From positions 1-36,657 of the forward strand of contig MFUC01000009.1 in NCBI GenBank assembly GCA_001785575.1: a stretch of DNA of 36,657 nt. The letters run 5' to 3'. Position numbers and translations under genes: made by a program. Each line of letters opens with the position of its first letter. Position 1 is the stretch's first letter. Source of the stretch: Candidatus Nomurabacteria bacterium RIFCSPHIGHO2_02_FULL_38_15. Its GTDB lineage: Bacteria; Patescibacteriota; Minisyncoccia; Phycocordibacterales; UBA9973. Of this stretch, positions 28,873 through 36,577 are shown piece after piece. A model generated the notes under the pieces. That model saw only the letters and a program-made list of their open reading frames with translations. It searched no databases and was not told the DNA's origin.

Positions 28873-28899
28873 GATCTGCGTCAAATAGATGATTATTAT
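28873..28899 (+). promoter_or_regulatory. 3' strand of the pre-16S processing stem
   Basis: gatctgcgtcaaatagatgattattat is complementary to 26929-26956. Confidence 0.8.
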
Positions 28900-28943
28900 A
28901 AAGGTATGCCTATTTATTTAGTTATGCCCGAATAGTGATCATC

Positions 28944-28988
28944 ATGCAAAAACCCTTTTGATTTATCATCAGGGTTTTTGCATTTTTA
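28944..28988 (+). terminator. Rho-independent terminator after the 16S transcription unit
   Basis: atgcaaaaaccct-N14-agggtttttgcat followed by tttt. Confidence 0.75.
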
Positions 28989-28995
28989 GACCAAA

Positions 28996-29024
28996 TAAAA
29001 AAGCCCCTTCTTGCGAAGGGGCCT
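28996..29024 (-). terminator. Rho-independent terminator of the minus-strand gene 29061..30590
   Basis: On the minus strand: gccccttc-gcaa-gaaggggc followed by ttttttatttgg. Confidence 0.75.
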
Positions 29025-29060
29025 GAATTAAAGAGCTATAACTAAACCAATTAATGAAAC

Positions 29061-30590
29061 TTAGTGAAAAACTATTCGGCCAGTTTTGCTGGCACCGATT
29101 TTGTACAAGTACAAGCCGGCAGGTAAGACGGGTCTTACCACGTCACCACTATTAATTTCAGCGGTGAAAACAGTTTTTCCAGTAACATCAACCAGCTCAA
29201 TTTTTTGCTGTGGGCCGGTAAAGTTTACACTAAACCCATCACCAATAGTGGCGGGGTTAGGGAAGACTGAGACTTTTGAGGTTTCAGATTCTTCCAAACC
29301 AGCTGAATACAAAACATTAACCAAAAGATACGGCCTGATCCTGGACACGAATACACCACTTTTAGAGATGTAATAAAATGTCAGATACAGATTACCTGTT
29401 TGATTTAACCTGTTCATATACAGCCGATAGTCGCCATTGCTGGTAACTTTAACCGGGGCCTCACAAGGTTCAGCTATGCCAAACGTAGTGTCGAGTGATA
29501 CCATCGCATAAACGTCAATTGGCTCAGTGGTTGCTACCCGAAAGTCGGCATAGATTTTACCAGGGCCATCATAAATGGCAGCAATTGGTGTTACAACTAT
29601 AGTAGTTGCCACACCTTGTGTGTTGTCCACAGTCAGAGTATCGCTGTTAAACGTTCCCATACTGTTGCCTGAGCTAAAGCATACTTGCCACTTGCCAATT
29701 TTTGTTACAGGGATTCTTACGTTAGTTTTTTCAACCCCGTTGCCAGTAAAAGCATAGGGGCCAATTTTGCTAAACGCGACATCCTTTTCATGCTTATAGT
29801 AAACGTTGGTATTTCCACTAAGGGTATTACCAACAATACTTAGGCCAAGGCTCAAGTTATCCGCATAACCAATCAAGGAATCAAATTGACCCCAAGGTTT
29901 TGACGGAGGCACGTACTGCCCAACTTTTAAGGCATCAGTTTTCAAATTCGAAATTTCGTTTAAAATCTCATATCCCAACCAACTCTCTTGAGTTAGATTA
30001 GGGATAGTATCTGAAAACGTGTACTTGCCAGCTGTAAAGCTTAGCGCCTTGATTGCTCCAGAGCTAAACACTTTGGCCGAATCTTTAAAGTGAACATACT
30101 TTTTGATCTGAAAGTCCACATTTGAATTCAGCGACAACGAGGTCACTGCACCACTTGCTGTTGCATATGGTTTGGTAACGACGCTAATTGTCCCCGGTTT
30201 TGCCTTTACTTTTAATGTAACACTAAGTATGGAACTTAGTACTGGCGTCCATTTACCGGTATCAGGTGAAAGTGTTAAGCGTAGGTGAATAGTTGTTCCG
30301 GCTGCAGGGAAGTTGTAGTTTGAATCATCCAAACTATCCGTGACATTGTGCAGGCTATCAGTGTAAGAATATTTTTTTAAGAAGAACGTGCCACCCGTAA
30401 AACTGGGGTTTAATGCATACTCAACGGTTAAAAAAACAGATTCAAACGGATTGGCTGTTTGAAATCGGATATTCGCCCCCTGTTCCTTGTTAGCGGAAGC
30501 AGAGATAAAATTAACACTCTGTGCATTTACTGTTGCACAAAACAGGACAGAAGATACTGCCATCATCAATAGAATCAGTGTTTTTTTCAT
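29061..30590 (-). CDS. Secreted repeat protein with T9SS-type (Por_Secre_tail-like) C-terminal sorting domain
   Basis: Signal peptide MKKTLILLMMAVSSVLFCATVNAQ. C-terminal ~70 aa VSVFPNPATIGDGFSVNF..KIELVDVTGKTVFTAEI..LPAGLYLYKIGASKTGRIVFH fits the T9SS type A CTD pattern. Confidence 0.7.
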   Translation of the reverse strand: MKKTLILLMMAVSSVLFCATVNAQSVNFISASANKEQGANIRFQTANPFESVFLTVEYALNPSFTGGTFFLKKYSYTDSLHNVTDSLDDSNYNFPAAGTTIHLRLTLSPDTGKWTPVLSSILSVTLKVKAKPGTISVVTKPYATASGAVTSLSLNSNVDFQIKKYVHFKDSAKVFSSGAIKALSFTAGKYTFSDTIPNLTQESWLGYEILNEISNLKTDALKVGQYVPPSKPWGQFDSLIGYADNLSLGLSIVGNTLSGNTNVYYKHEKDVAFSKIGPYAFTGNGVEKTNVRIPVTKIGKWQVCFSSGNSMGTFNSDTLTVDNTQGVATTIVVTPIAAIYDGPGKIYADFRVATTEPIDVYAMVSLDTTFGIAEPCEAPVKVTSNGDYRLYMNRLNQTGNLYLTFYYISKSGVFVSRIRPYLLVNVLYSAGLEESETSKVSVFPNPATIGDGFSVNFTGPQQKIELVDVTGKTVFTAEINSGDVVRPVLPAGLYLYKIGASKTGRIVFH

Positions 30591-30647
30591 TTTTACTTAA
30601 ATTTAGGTGTTTTTTAGTTTATTTGTTTGTTTTAAATTTCCTTAGGT

Positions 30648-30675
30648 ATTATAGCAAATCTAATAGAAAAGTCAA
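30648..30675 (-). promoter_or_regulatory. Promoter for 29061..30590 (TTGACT-16-TGcTATAAT on the minus strand)
   Basis: Reverse complement reads cttgacttttctattagatttgctataatacc. Confidence 0.6.
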
Positions 30676-30704
30676 GTGTTTTGACCCGACTTTTTAAAAT
30701 GTCC

Positions 30705-30732
30705 TTGACAAAGCTATTCTATCTGATATAAT
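30705..30732 (+). promoter_or_regulatory. Promoter for 30763..32001 (TTGACA-16-TATAAT)
   Basis: ttgaca 30705-30710 and tataat 30727-30732. Confidence 0.65.
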
Positions 30733-30762
30733 AGGGGAGTTAGAAAATAACGTTTAAAAATT

Positions 30763-32001
30763 ATGAAAAATACATTATTTAAAACAACTTTATACTCTTT
30801 ATGCGCCCTAATAGCCGTTGTGGCTTTGGGCTTTTCAGCCAAAGCTTTTGCTTCTGAAATGGTGATTTTGTCAGTTTCAAACCCAACATCTACAACCGTA
30901 ACTGTTTCAGCCAAGGCTGTTAATATTGGTAACGACACAAATATTCGAGCTAGTTTCGAATATGCGACAAATCCAAGCTTTGTAAGTTCAAGTTATACCA
31001 ATGAAATTTCGCAAAGTACAGCTTCAACTAACTTTAGTCAAACTATTACCGGCCTAACACCAAGTACAACATATTATGTACGTGCCCTGGGTATCGGTAA
31101 TGTTGACGGTGTAGCCAAGCCAAGCTCAACTTTAGTTTTTAAAACTGACCCGGCCGTTGTTACATCTGGTCCAACAGCTAATATAACTTCAGCCAAGTCA
31201 GCTGGAACTACGACTATAAACGTTACAATGCATTACAACTTGGGCTCTGCTGCAGTTGGTAGTGTTTGGTTTGAATATGGCACAAATAGTGGTTCATATC
31301 CAAATAAAACTAATGCAGTTAGTGTAACTAATTATGCGGGTACCAATACTGAAACTATTTCAGGCTTAAACATTAACACTACATACTATGTACGTGCGGT
31401 TGTGCAAACTTCAGTTGCAACTGATTATTCAAGCACCGCGTTGATGGTTAAAACTGATAATACAGTTAATCCAAATCCAAATCCAAATCCGAACCCCAAC
31501 CCTAATCCGAACCCAAACCCTATTATTTATGTGTATGGTTGTATGATCAAGGGTGATCAAAACTACAACCCACAAGCTAACTTTCATGTAGCAACTGCGT
31601 GTCTTGGTAGTTATGACAACAATAATGACAATAATTGGTACGACAATTGGTTTAAGTGGGGTAATACTAAACCCTATGAAGTAGTTTACAAACCTATTGA
31701 TAATGTTTATGACTTTACTGACCCGAAGGATGCTGATAATAGCAAGAAAGATTCAGCTTCTACTAAAGTTGGTACAGCTGTTAAAAATACAAGTGACAAG
31801 GTAAATGGTAAAATTGCCGAGAAAGACTATGATGCTAACCAATATCTAGCCAGCGCCTTTTGGGGTGTAGGTAACGGATTCTTCCCGACAACACTTGTTG
31901 GTTGGTTACTGCTAATCTTCCTTATACTTATGCTAATTGTTTTGACTCGTCATTACTTTCATAAGAAAGAACTGATTAAAACCGAAGTCAAAAAGGCTTA
32001 A
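30763..32001 (+). CDS. Surface protein: signal peptide, two FN3-like repeats, (NP)9 linker, Cys-containing region, C-terminal TM anchor
   Basis: Repeats marked by FEYATNPSF..GLTPSTTYYVRA and WFEYGTNSGSY..GLNINTTYYVRA. NPNPNPNPNPNPNPNPNP linker. C-terminal LVGWLLLIFLILMLIVL. Confidence 0.7.
   Translation: MKNTLFKTTLYSLCALIAVVALGFSAKAFASEMVILSVSNPTSTTVTVSAKAVNIGNDTNIRASFEYATNPSFVSSSYTNEISQSTASTNFSQTITGLTPSTTYYVRALGIGNVDGVAKPSSTLVFKTDPAVVTSGPTANITSAKSAGTTTINVTMHYNLGSAAVGSVWFEYGTNSGSYPNKTNAVSVTNYAGTNTETISGLNINTTYYVRAVVQTSVATDYSSTALMVKTDNTVNPNPNPNPNPNPNPNPNPIIYVYGCMIKGDQNYNPQANFHVATACLGSYDNNNDNNWYDNWFKWGNTKPYEVVYKPIDNVYDFTDPKDADNSKKDSASTKVGTAVKNTSDKVNGKIAEKDYDANQYLASAFWGVGNGFFPTTLVGWLLLIFLILMLIVLTRHYFHKKELIKTEVKKA
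31468..31521 (+). repeat. Imperfect hexanucleotide repeat (AAYCCN)9 encoding (Asn-Pro)9
   Basis: aatccaaatccaaatccaaatccgaaccccaaccctaatccgaacccaaaccct, in frame with 30763..32001. Confidence 0.85.
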
Positions 32002-32011
32002 AAACCTAAAT

Positions 32012-32040
32012 AAAACCCCCTTTAAATTAAGGGGGGTTTT
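32012..32040. terminator. Bidirectional terminator hairpin between convergent genes
   Basis: aaaaccccc-tttaaattaa-gggggtttt, with A/T runs on both sides. Confidence 0.75.
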
Positions 32041-32065
32041 ATAGTTTGGTGATAAGAATTCCTTA

Positions 32066-32320
32066 TTATGGAAGTATCTCACCTATTTGTAAGAAATTTT
32101 TGTTTGTGCTGGCAGGGAAGGCTCTTACCTTACAACCTTGTGATATTTTTAAATTACCACTATTAAAGTCCTCCTCAACATTATTTGTTGTTGGAAATTC
32201 TCTTCCTGTTTCATCAACAAAAGATACATTAGTCCATTTGGTGCCGTTCTCCAGGGTTTTTTCTTCAAGTTTTACTGTATATTCTTTATCGTAAGCCTCA
32301 TTACTTTTTATTTCTTCCAT
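32066..32320 (-). CDS. Hypothetical small acidic protein (84 aa)
   Basis: The minus-strand ORF has a protein-like charged composition. The overlapping plus-strand ORF 32046..32294 is Leu/Ser/Phe-rich and judged spurious. Confidence 0.45.
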   Translation of the reverse strand: MEEIKSNEAYDKEYTVKLEEKTLENGTKWTNVSFVDETGREFPTTNNVEEDFNSGNLKISQGCKVRAFPASTNKNFLQIGEILP

Positions 32321-32403
32321 GGTTTATTTATTAAATTAATTACAATGTTTATAATACTATAAGTGTATACTAATTTGCGTTGACATGTCAATATTTTAGC
32401 GTT

Positions 32404-32513
32404 ACCTCACCCCCTAGCCCCTCTCCTGGCAAGGAGAGGGGGAATCGCGAAAGTAAGCGTCTGTAGCTTAAAGCCCCTCTGCCAGCTCTGCTGGAGAGGG
32501 GTAGGGGTGAGGT
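32404..32513. repeat. GC-rich nested-palindrome element, family A (most complete copy)
   Basis: Outer arms acctcaccccct / aggggtgaggt. Inner hairpins cccctctcc-tggcaa-ggagagggg and cccctct-N14-agagggg. Confidence 0.85.
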
Positions 32514-32536
32514 GGACTAATGCTATACTATACTCA

Positions 32537-32986
32537 ATGAAAAAAAGTGTTGCTATAGTCATAATTTTTTTGAGTATTGCTAGCTATTTAGCTTTTATAA
32601 ATATTCAAAAAAATGCTTGTTTTATAACTTTAGCTGGTCAGCGTTTTAATTTAGACTTGGCCCAAACTGATGCCAAGCGGGTGCAGGGACTTTCTGGCAC
32701 AAGTTTTTTACCCGCCAATACTGGCATGCTTTTTGTGTTTGACCAGCCTGATACGTACGGTTTTTGGATGAAGGATATGAACTATGCTTTAGATATAATT
32801 TGGCTAAATAATGATTTAAAAATCGTTGACTTAGAGATGGGTGTGACACCCGAAACTTACCCAAAAGTTTTTTATCCAAACGCTTTAGCTAGCTATGTGC
32901 TTGAAATTAATGCTGGTAATGCTCAAAAGCTTGATTTGGATTTTGATGACCAGGCGCAACTGATGTGTGGGAGTGTTTTAAAATAA
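32537..32986 (+). CDS. DUF192-family protein (ATG at 32537; the ORF-track start at 32507 lies inside the repeat)
   Basis: RVQGLSG..LPANTGMLFVFD..YGFWMKDMNYALDIIWL..VLEINAG matches the DUF192/COG1430 pattern. N-terminal TM or signal sequence. TGCTATACT lies 7 nt upstream. Confidence 0.8.
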   Translation: MKKSVAIVIIFLSIASYLAFINIQKNACFITLAGQRFNLDLAQTDAKRVQGLSGTSFLPANTGMLFVFDQPDTYGFWMKDMNYALDIIWLNNDLKIVDLEMGVTPETYPKVFYPNALASYVLEINAGNAQKLDLDFDDQAQLMCGSVLK

Positions 32987-33147
32987 GCCTGGATTTTTAA
33001 TTAGCTTTACATACTGAAACAAACAGTGACATTGTGGTTTTTTAGTAGCTAATCCACACCGGTTATTAATAAAAATTTAGTACAATTAACTATCTAAGAA
33101 CAAAATAATAAAATTAAAAAGGTTATCAGATAATTTAATAAAAGCGT

Positions 33148-35475
33148 ATGACAAAAAAGGTCGCTATCGGCAAACGTGAGCTATCAAAAATCCCCGAGAT
33201 AATGAATCGCCGGGGTGAAGTTATAGAGTTTGATATTCATCGCATTTCACATGCGGTGTATAAGGCATTTTTAGATACTAAAGAGGGCGGTGAGGACGAG
33301 GCCATCCAGGTTTCAGAGGCAGTTTTTAATGAGCTTTTAAAATTAAAAAATCTAGAGGACATTGCCGGTCAAAAGGGCACAAAATTTATACCGACTGTTG
33401 AAATGATCCAGGACACAGTTGAAAATGAGTTAATGAAACTGGACTTTTTAGAAACAGCCAAGGCTTATATTTTATATCGTCAGAAGCGCAATGAATTACG
33501 TGAAGATGGCGTGATTGTACCTGATGATTTGCGCAAGCTTGTAAATGATTCAAGTGAGTATTTTAGAAATCCTTTAGCTGAATTGGTTTACTATCGTTCG
33601 TATTCACGTTGGATAGAGGATGCTGGTCGGCGCGAAACTTGGATTGAAACCGTTGACCGCTATATGGATTTTATGCAAGAGAATTTGGGTAATAAGTTAA
33701 CTAAAAACGAATATACTGAAATTCGTGAAGCCATTTTAAAACAAGAGGCCATGCCCTCGATGCGGTTATTGCAATTTGCTGGTGGGCCGGCGCGCAAAAC
33801 TAATGTTTGTGCCTATAACTGTTCATTTGTTGCGCCTGAAAAATTTCAAGATTTTGGCGAAATAATTTATATTTCAATGTGTGGCACTGGGGTTGGCTTC
33901 TCAGCTGAAAGTCAAAACGTACAAAAATTACCGCAAATTAAAATGCAAACAAATAAAAAACTTACTAAGCACACAGTTGCTGATTCTAAAGAGGGCTGGG
34001 CTGATGCGTTTGTTTTGGGTATGAAAACCTGGTTTGATGGCAAGGACATTGAGTTTGATTTTAGCGAACTACGCCCTGCTGGTGCGCGCTTAAAAACTAT
34101 GGGTGGTAAATCATCAGGCCCGCAACCCTTGATTGGTTTATTGCAATTTGCCCGAGAACGAATTTTAAAAAAGCAGGGGCGTAGACTTAGTAATTTAGAC
34201 GTACACGATATTGTTTGTAAAATTGGTGAATGTGTTGTTTCAGGTGGAGTGCGTCGTAGTGCCTTGATTTCACTTTCTGATTTAGATGATGAGCAAATCA
34301 GGGATGCTAAAAATGGAGCCTTTTGGAACACTGACCCGCAACGGATGTTAGCAAATAATTCGGCCGTGTACAATACCAAACCAAGCGTTGAGGAATTTAT
34401 GGGCGAGTGGTTAGCCTTGATTAAAAGTGGTTCGGGTGAGCGGGGGATTTTTAACAAAGGTTGCCTGCCCAAGCAATTACCAAAACGCCGGGTCGATGTT
34501 TTAACCAAGGACAAATATATTGATGATTTGGGCCGAGTTGTGGGCTCAATAGGGGTAAACCCCTGTGGCGAGATAATCTTACGCTCAAAGCAATTCTGTA
34601 ACCTTTCAGAGGTTGTGGCGCGGGCCGAGGACACGGAAGCCAGCCTGATGAAAAAGGTCCGTATTGCTACAATTTTGGGTACGTATCAATCATCGCTAAC
34701 AAACTTTCAATACCTTTCAAAAGAGTGGAAGCAAAATTGCGAACGTGAGAGGTTATTGGGCGTTTCAATCACGGGTCAATGGGATTCGAAAGTTGCTCGG
34801 GCGCCAAAAATTTTGCAAAAGTTACGGGCCGAGACTATTCGCATTAACAAACTTTACGCTAAGCGTTTTAGTATTTCAGAGTCTACAGCAATTACATGTG
34901 TTAAACCATCAGGCAATTTGTCACAAACCGTTGATTCGGCCTCGGGTATGCATCCACGCCACAGCCAATACTATATTCGTCGAGTGCGTATTTCAGCCAA
35001 CGACTCACTCTTTAAAATGCTAAAAGATCAAGGCGTACCACATTACCCTGAAGTTGGCCAAAGTTATGACACGGCGCATACGTTTGTTTTAGAATTTCCA
35101 ATTGCCGCGCCCAAGGGGGCAATATTTAAAGACGATGTTTCGGCACTTGATCAGCTAGAGCATTGGAAAAATGTAAAGGTAAATTATACCGAGCATAATC
35201 CATCAGTGACTGTTTCAGTTGGTGATACCGAGTGGTTGGCAGTGGCAAGTTGGTTGTATCAAAATTGGGACATGATTGGGGGCTTGTCGTTTTTGCCACG
35301 TTCAGATCATGTCTACCAGCTGGCGCCGTACGAAACTATAGACGAGAAGAAGTATAAAGAACTAACTAAAACTGTAGCCAACATCGACTTTTCAAAACTA
35401 ATTACCTACGAACGCCATGACGAAACCGAAGTCCAAAAAGAGTTGGCATGCGTGGCAGGGAATTGTGAAGTATAA
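33148..35475 (+). CDS. nrdJ: Adenosylcobalamin-dependent (class II) ribonucleotide reductase, monomeric RTPR-like, with N-terminal ATP-cone
   Basis: ATP-cone (VIEFDIHRISHAV..EMIQDTVENELM..AKAYILYRQKR). RTPR-like blocks YRSYSRW..RETW, LRPAGARLKTMGGKSSGPQPL, VVSGGVRRSA, NPCGEI..CNLSEV, VKPSGNLS..SGMHP. C-terminal Cys pair (CVAGNC). Confidence 0.88.
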   Translation: MTKKVAIGKRELSKIPEIMNRRGEVIEFDIHRISHAVYKAFLDTKEGGEDEAIQVSEAVFNELLKLKNLEDIAGQKGTKFIPTVEMIQDTVENELMKLDFLETAKAYILYRQKRNELREDGVIVPDDLRKLVNDSSEYFRNPLAELVYYRSYSRWIEDAGRRETWIETVDRYMDFMQENLGNKLTKNEYTEIREAILKQEAMPSMRLLQFAGGPARKTNVCAYNCSFVAPEKFQDFGEIIYISMCGTGVGFSAESQNVQKLPQIKMQTNKKLTKHTVADSKEGWADAFVLGMKTWFDGKDIEFDFSELRPAGARLKTMGGKSSGPQPLIGLLQFARERILKKQGRRLSNLDVHDIVCKIGECVVSGGVRRSALISLSDLDDEQIRDAKNGAFWNTDPQRMLANNSAVYNTKPSVEEFMGEWLALIKSGSGERGIFNKGCLPKQLPKRRVDVLTKDKYIDDLGRVVGSIGVNPCGEIILRSKQFCNLSEVVARAEDTEASLMKKVRIATILGTYQSSLTNFQYLSKEWKQNCERERLLGVSITGQWDSKVARAPKILQKLRAETIRINKLYAKRFSISESTAITCVKPSGNLSQTVDSASGMHPRHSQYYIRRVRISANDSLFKMLKDQGVPHYPEVGQSYDTAHTFVLEFPIAAPKGAIFKDDVSALDQLEHWKNVKVNYTEHNPSVTVSVGDTEWLAVASWLYQNWDMIGGLSFLPRSDHVYQLAPYETIDEKKYKELTKTVANIDFSKLITYERHDETEVQKELACVAGNCEV

Positions 35476-35498
35476 AAATTTGCTAAATTAAAATTATC

Positions 35499-35507
35499 TG
35501 CTATAAT
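35499..35507 (+). promoter_or_regulatory. Extended -10 box (TGCTATAAT) for rnpB
   Basis: tgctataat ends 6 nt before the predicted RNase P RNA 5' end. Confidence 0.55.
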
Positions 35508-35513
35508 ACGAAA

Positions 35514-35858
35514 GGTTTTGTATCGAATGGTTACGCCCTGATATTTACGAAAGTAATTGATGGGTGAGGAAAGTCCGAACACACAGTTATTTAATTAGCA
35601 AAAGTAGCGGGTAACGCCCGTCGTCCGCAAGGGCAGAGGTGCGAGCAGAGACGCCTGAAGCGAAAGTAACAGGCACCCAAAAAGCAATTTTTGGGTGAGT
35701 CATTATGGTAACATAGTGGGTGAAACGGCTAAATCCTTACTCGTGTGCAAGATCGTATTCTTTGGCTTCGGTCAAAGTTTGAATCGCTACAGGTATATAG
35801 CAATATATATCGCAGATAAATACCATTAGAACAGAATTCGGCTTACGAATGCAAAACC
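35514..35858 (+). ncRNA. rnpB: RNase P RNA (bacterial type A-like)
   Basis: CR-I gaggaaagtccgaac. CR-V acagaattcggcttac. P1 pairing ggttttgtatcg / cgaatgcaaaacc. Internal ggtaacgcc..gtccgcaaggg modules. Confidence 0.9.
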
Positions 35859-35870
35859 AAAATACGAAAA

Positions 35871-35896
35871 ATACTCCGTTAATCGGGGTATTTTTC
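35871..35896 (+). terminator. Rho-independent terminator after rnpB
   Basis: atactccg-ttaat-cggggtat followed by ttttt. Confidence 0.7.
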
Positions 35897-35946
35897 TATT
35901 CAGAGGTCAAGGTGGCAAATTTATTCTAGTATGCTAAAATTAAAAT

Positions 35947-36183
35947 ATGAATATGTTTAAAAACTTTTTAATGAAAAAGATGCTTAAAAACCAGCTGAAA
36001 AAAGCTGGCCTACCTGAAGCTGAACAAGAACGCATTATTGCCATGGTACTAAAGAATCCCGACTTGTTTCAAAAAATTGGTAACGAAATCCAGGAAAAAA
36101 TCCGTGGTGGCATGAACCAACAAACCGCCACCATGCGCGTGATGGAAAAATACAAACCTGACCTCAAAGACATAATGGGGTAG
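35947..36183 (+). CDS. Hypothetical small helical protein (78 aa)
   Basis: Lys/Glu-rich amphipathic sequence. TGCTAAAAT box 6 nt upstream of the ATG. The antisense ORF 36049..36342 is judged spurious. Confidence 0.55.
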   Translation: MNMFKNFLMKKMLKNQLKKAGLPEAEQERIIAMVLKNPDLFQKIGNEIQEKIRGGMNQQTATMRVMEKYKPDLKDIMG

Positions 36184-36480
36184 ATAAATTAAAAAGGCTA
36201 TCTGCTGATTCAGATAACCTCCTTGTCTATACCTCTTTAAGTACAAACCTAGTCCTTGTTTAGAATAAAGATTTCCTAAAGCTGACCCTGACCAGTCGTA
36301 AAATAACATCCCGTTGCTATAGTTTTCCAATACAGGTGTCACTAGAATTGAATGTCTGCCCCAAAGTGATTAAGTTTTTCACAAAAATGTAAGATTGTGT
36401 TACTCATTAAAGCCCCATATGTACTTTACAGACCTGAAATAAAAACATTCCACTCTGATTTCTCTAAACACAAGACATGC

Positions 36481-36515
36481 ATTCTTAAAATGTGAATTCA
36501 GCACATTTAAAGAAT
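36481..36515. repeat. Inverted repeat / hairpin (13 of 14 bp)
   Basis: attcttaaaatgtg-aattcag-cacatttaaagaat in ORF-free terminal DNA. Confidence 0.7.
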
Positions 36516-36529
36516 CACCTGTATTTGCT

Positions 36530-36577
36530 TTGGGTGGGCTAGTTTAGGCAAATTCTTGCCCAAACTAGCCCACCCAA
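36530..36577. repeat. Long inverted repeat / hairpin (21 of 22 bp, 4-nt loop)
   Basis: ttgggtgggctagtttaggcaa-attc-ttgcccaaactagcccacccaa. Confidence 0.75.

Noticed and set aside
29061-30590. Chimeric assembly or contaminating Bacteroidota DNA as the explanation for the T9SS-CTD gene
   Set aside because: The gene is flanked on one side by the CPR-type 16S gene. On the other side lies DNA carrying a family A repeat (32404-32513) that also occurs at 7867 and 24578. It also uses the same TGnTATAAT promoter style as neighbouring genes. Horizontal transfer remains possible, but a mis-join seems unlikely.
32046-32294. Plus-strand 82-aa ORF overlapping the minus-strand ORF 32066..32320
   Set aside because: It has a hydrophobic, low-complexity composition, and it starts inside the bidirectional terminator region. 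The minus-strand frame looks more protein-like, although neither has a recognisable family.
32507-32536. ORF-track start (TTG/GTG-type) of the DUF192 gene at 32507
   Set aside because: This start lies inside the family A repeat arm (ggtgaggtgg). The ATG at 32537 follows a TGCTATACT box by 7 nt and begins with a typical MKK + hydrophobic signal sequence.
32987-33147. Cobalamin riboswitch or NrdR box upstream of nrdJ
   Set aside because: The region is AT-rich, with no recognisable B12-box core or palindromic NrdR box (acaCwAtATaTwGtgt-like) that I could find.
33912-34634. 240-aa antisense ORF within nrdJ, and other antisense or overlapping ORFs (374..565, 1016..1267, 1692..2045, 3512..3841, 4478..4728, 5389..5649, 5929..6162, 7279..7578, 14214..14573, 15259..15543, 17791..18033, 20463..20942, 24249..24548, 26044..26373, 29086..29757, 32646..32879, 34745..35023, 36049..36342)
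   Set aside because: Each is fully embedded opposite, or out of frame with, a gene that has strong family-level motifs. Their compositions (Ser/Pro/Leu/Arg-rich) are typical of shadow frames.
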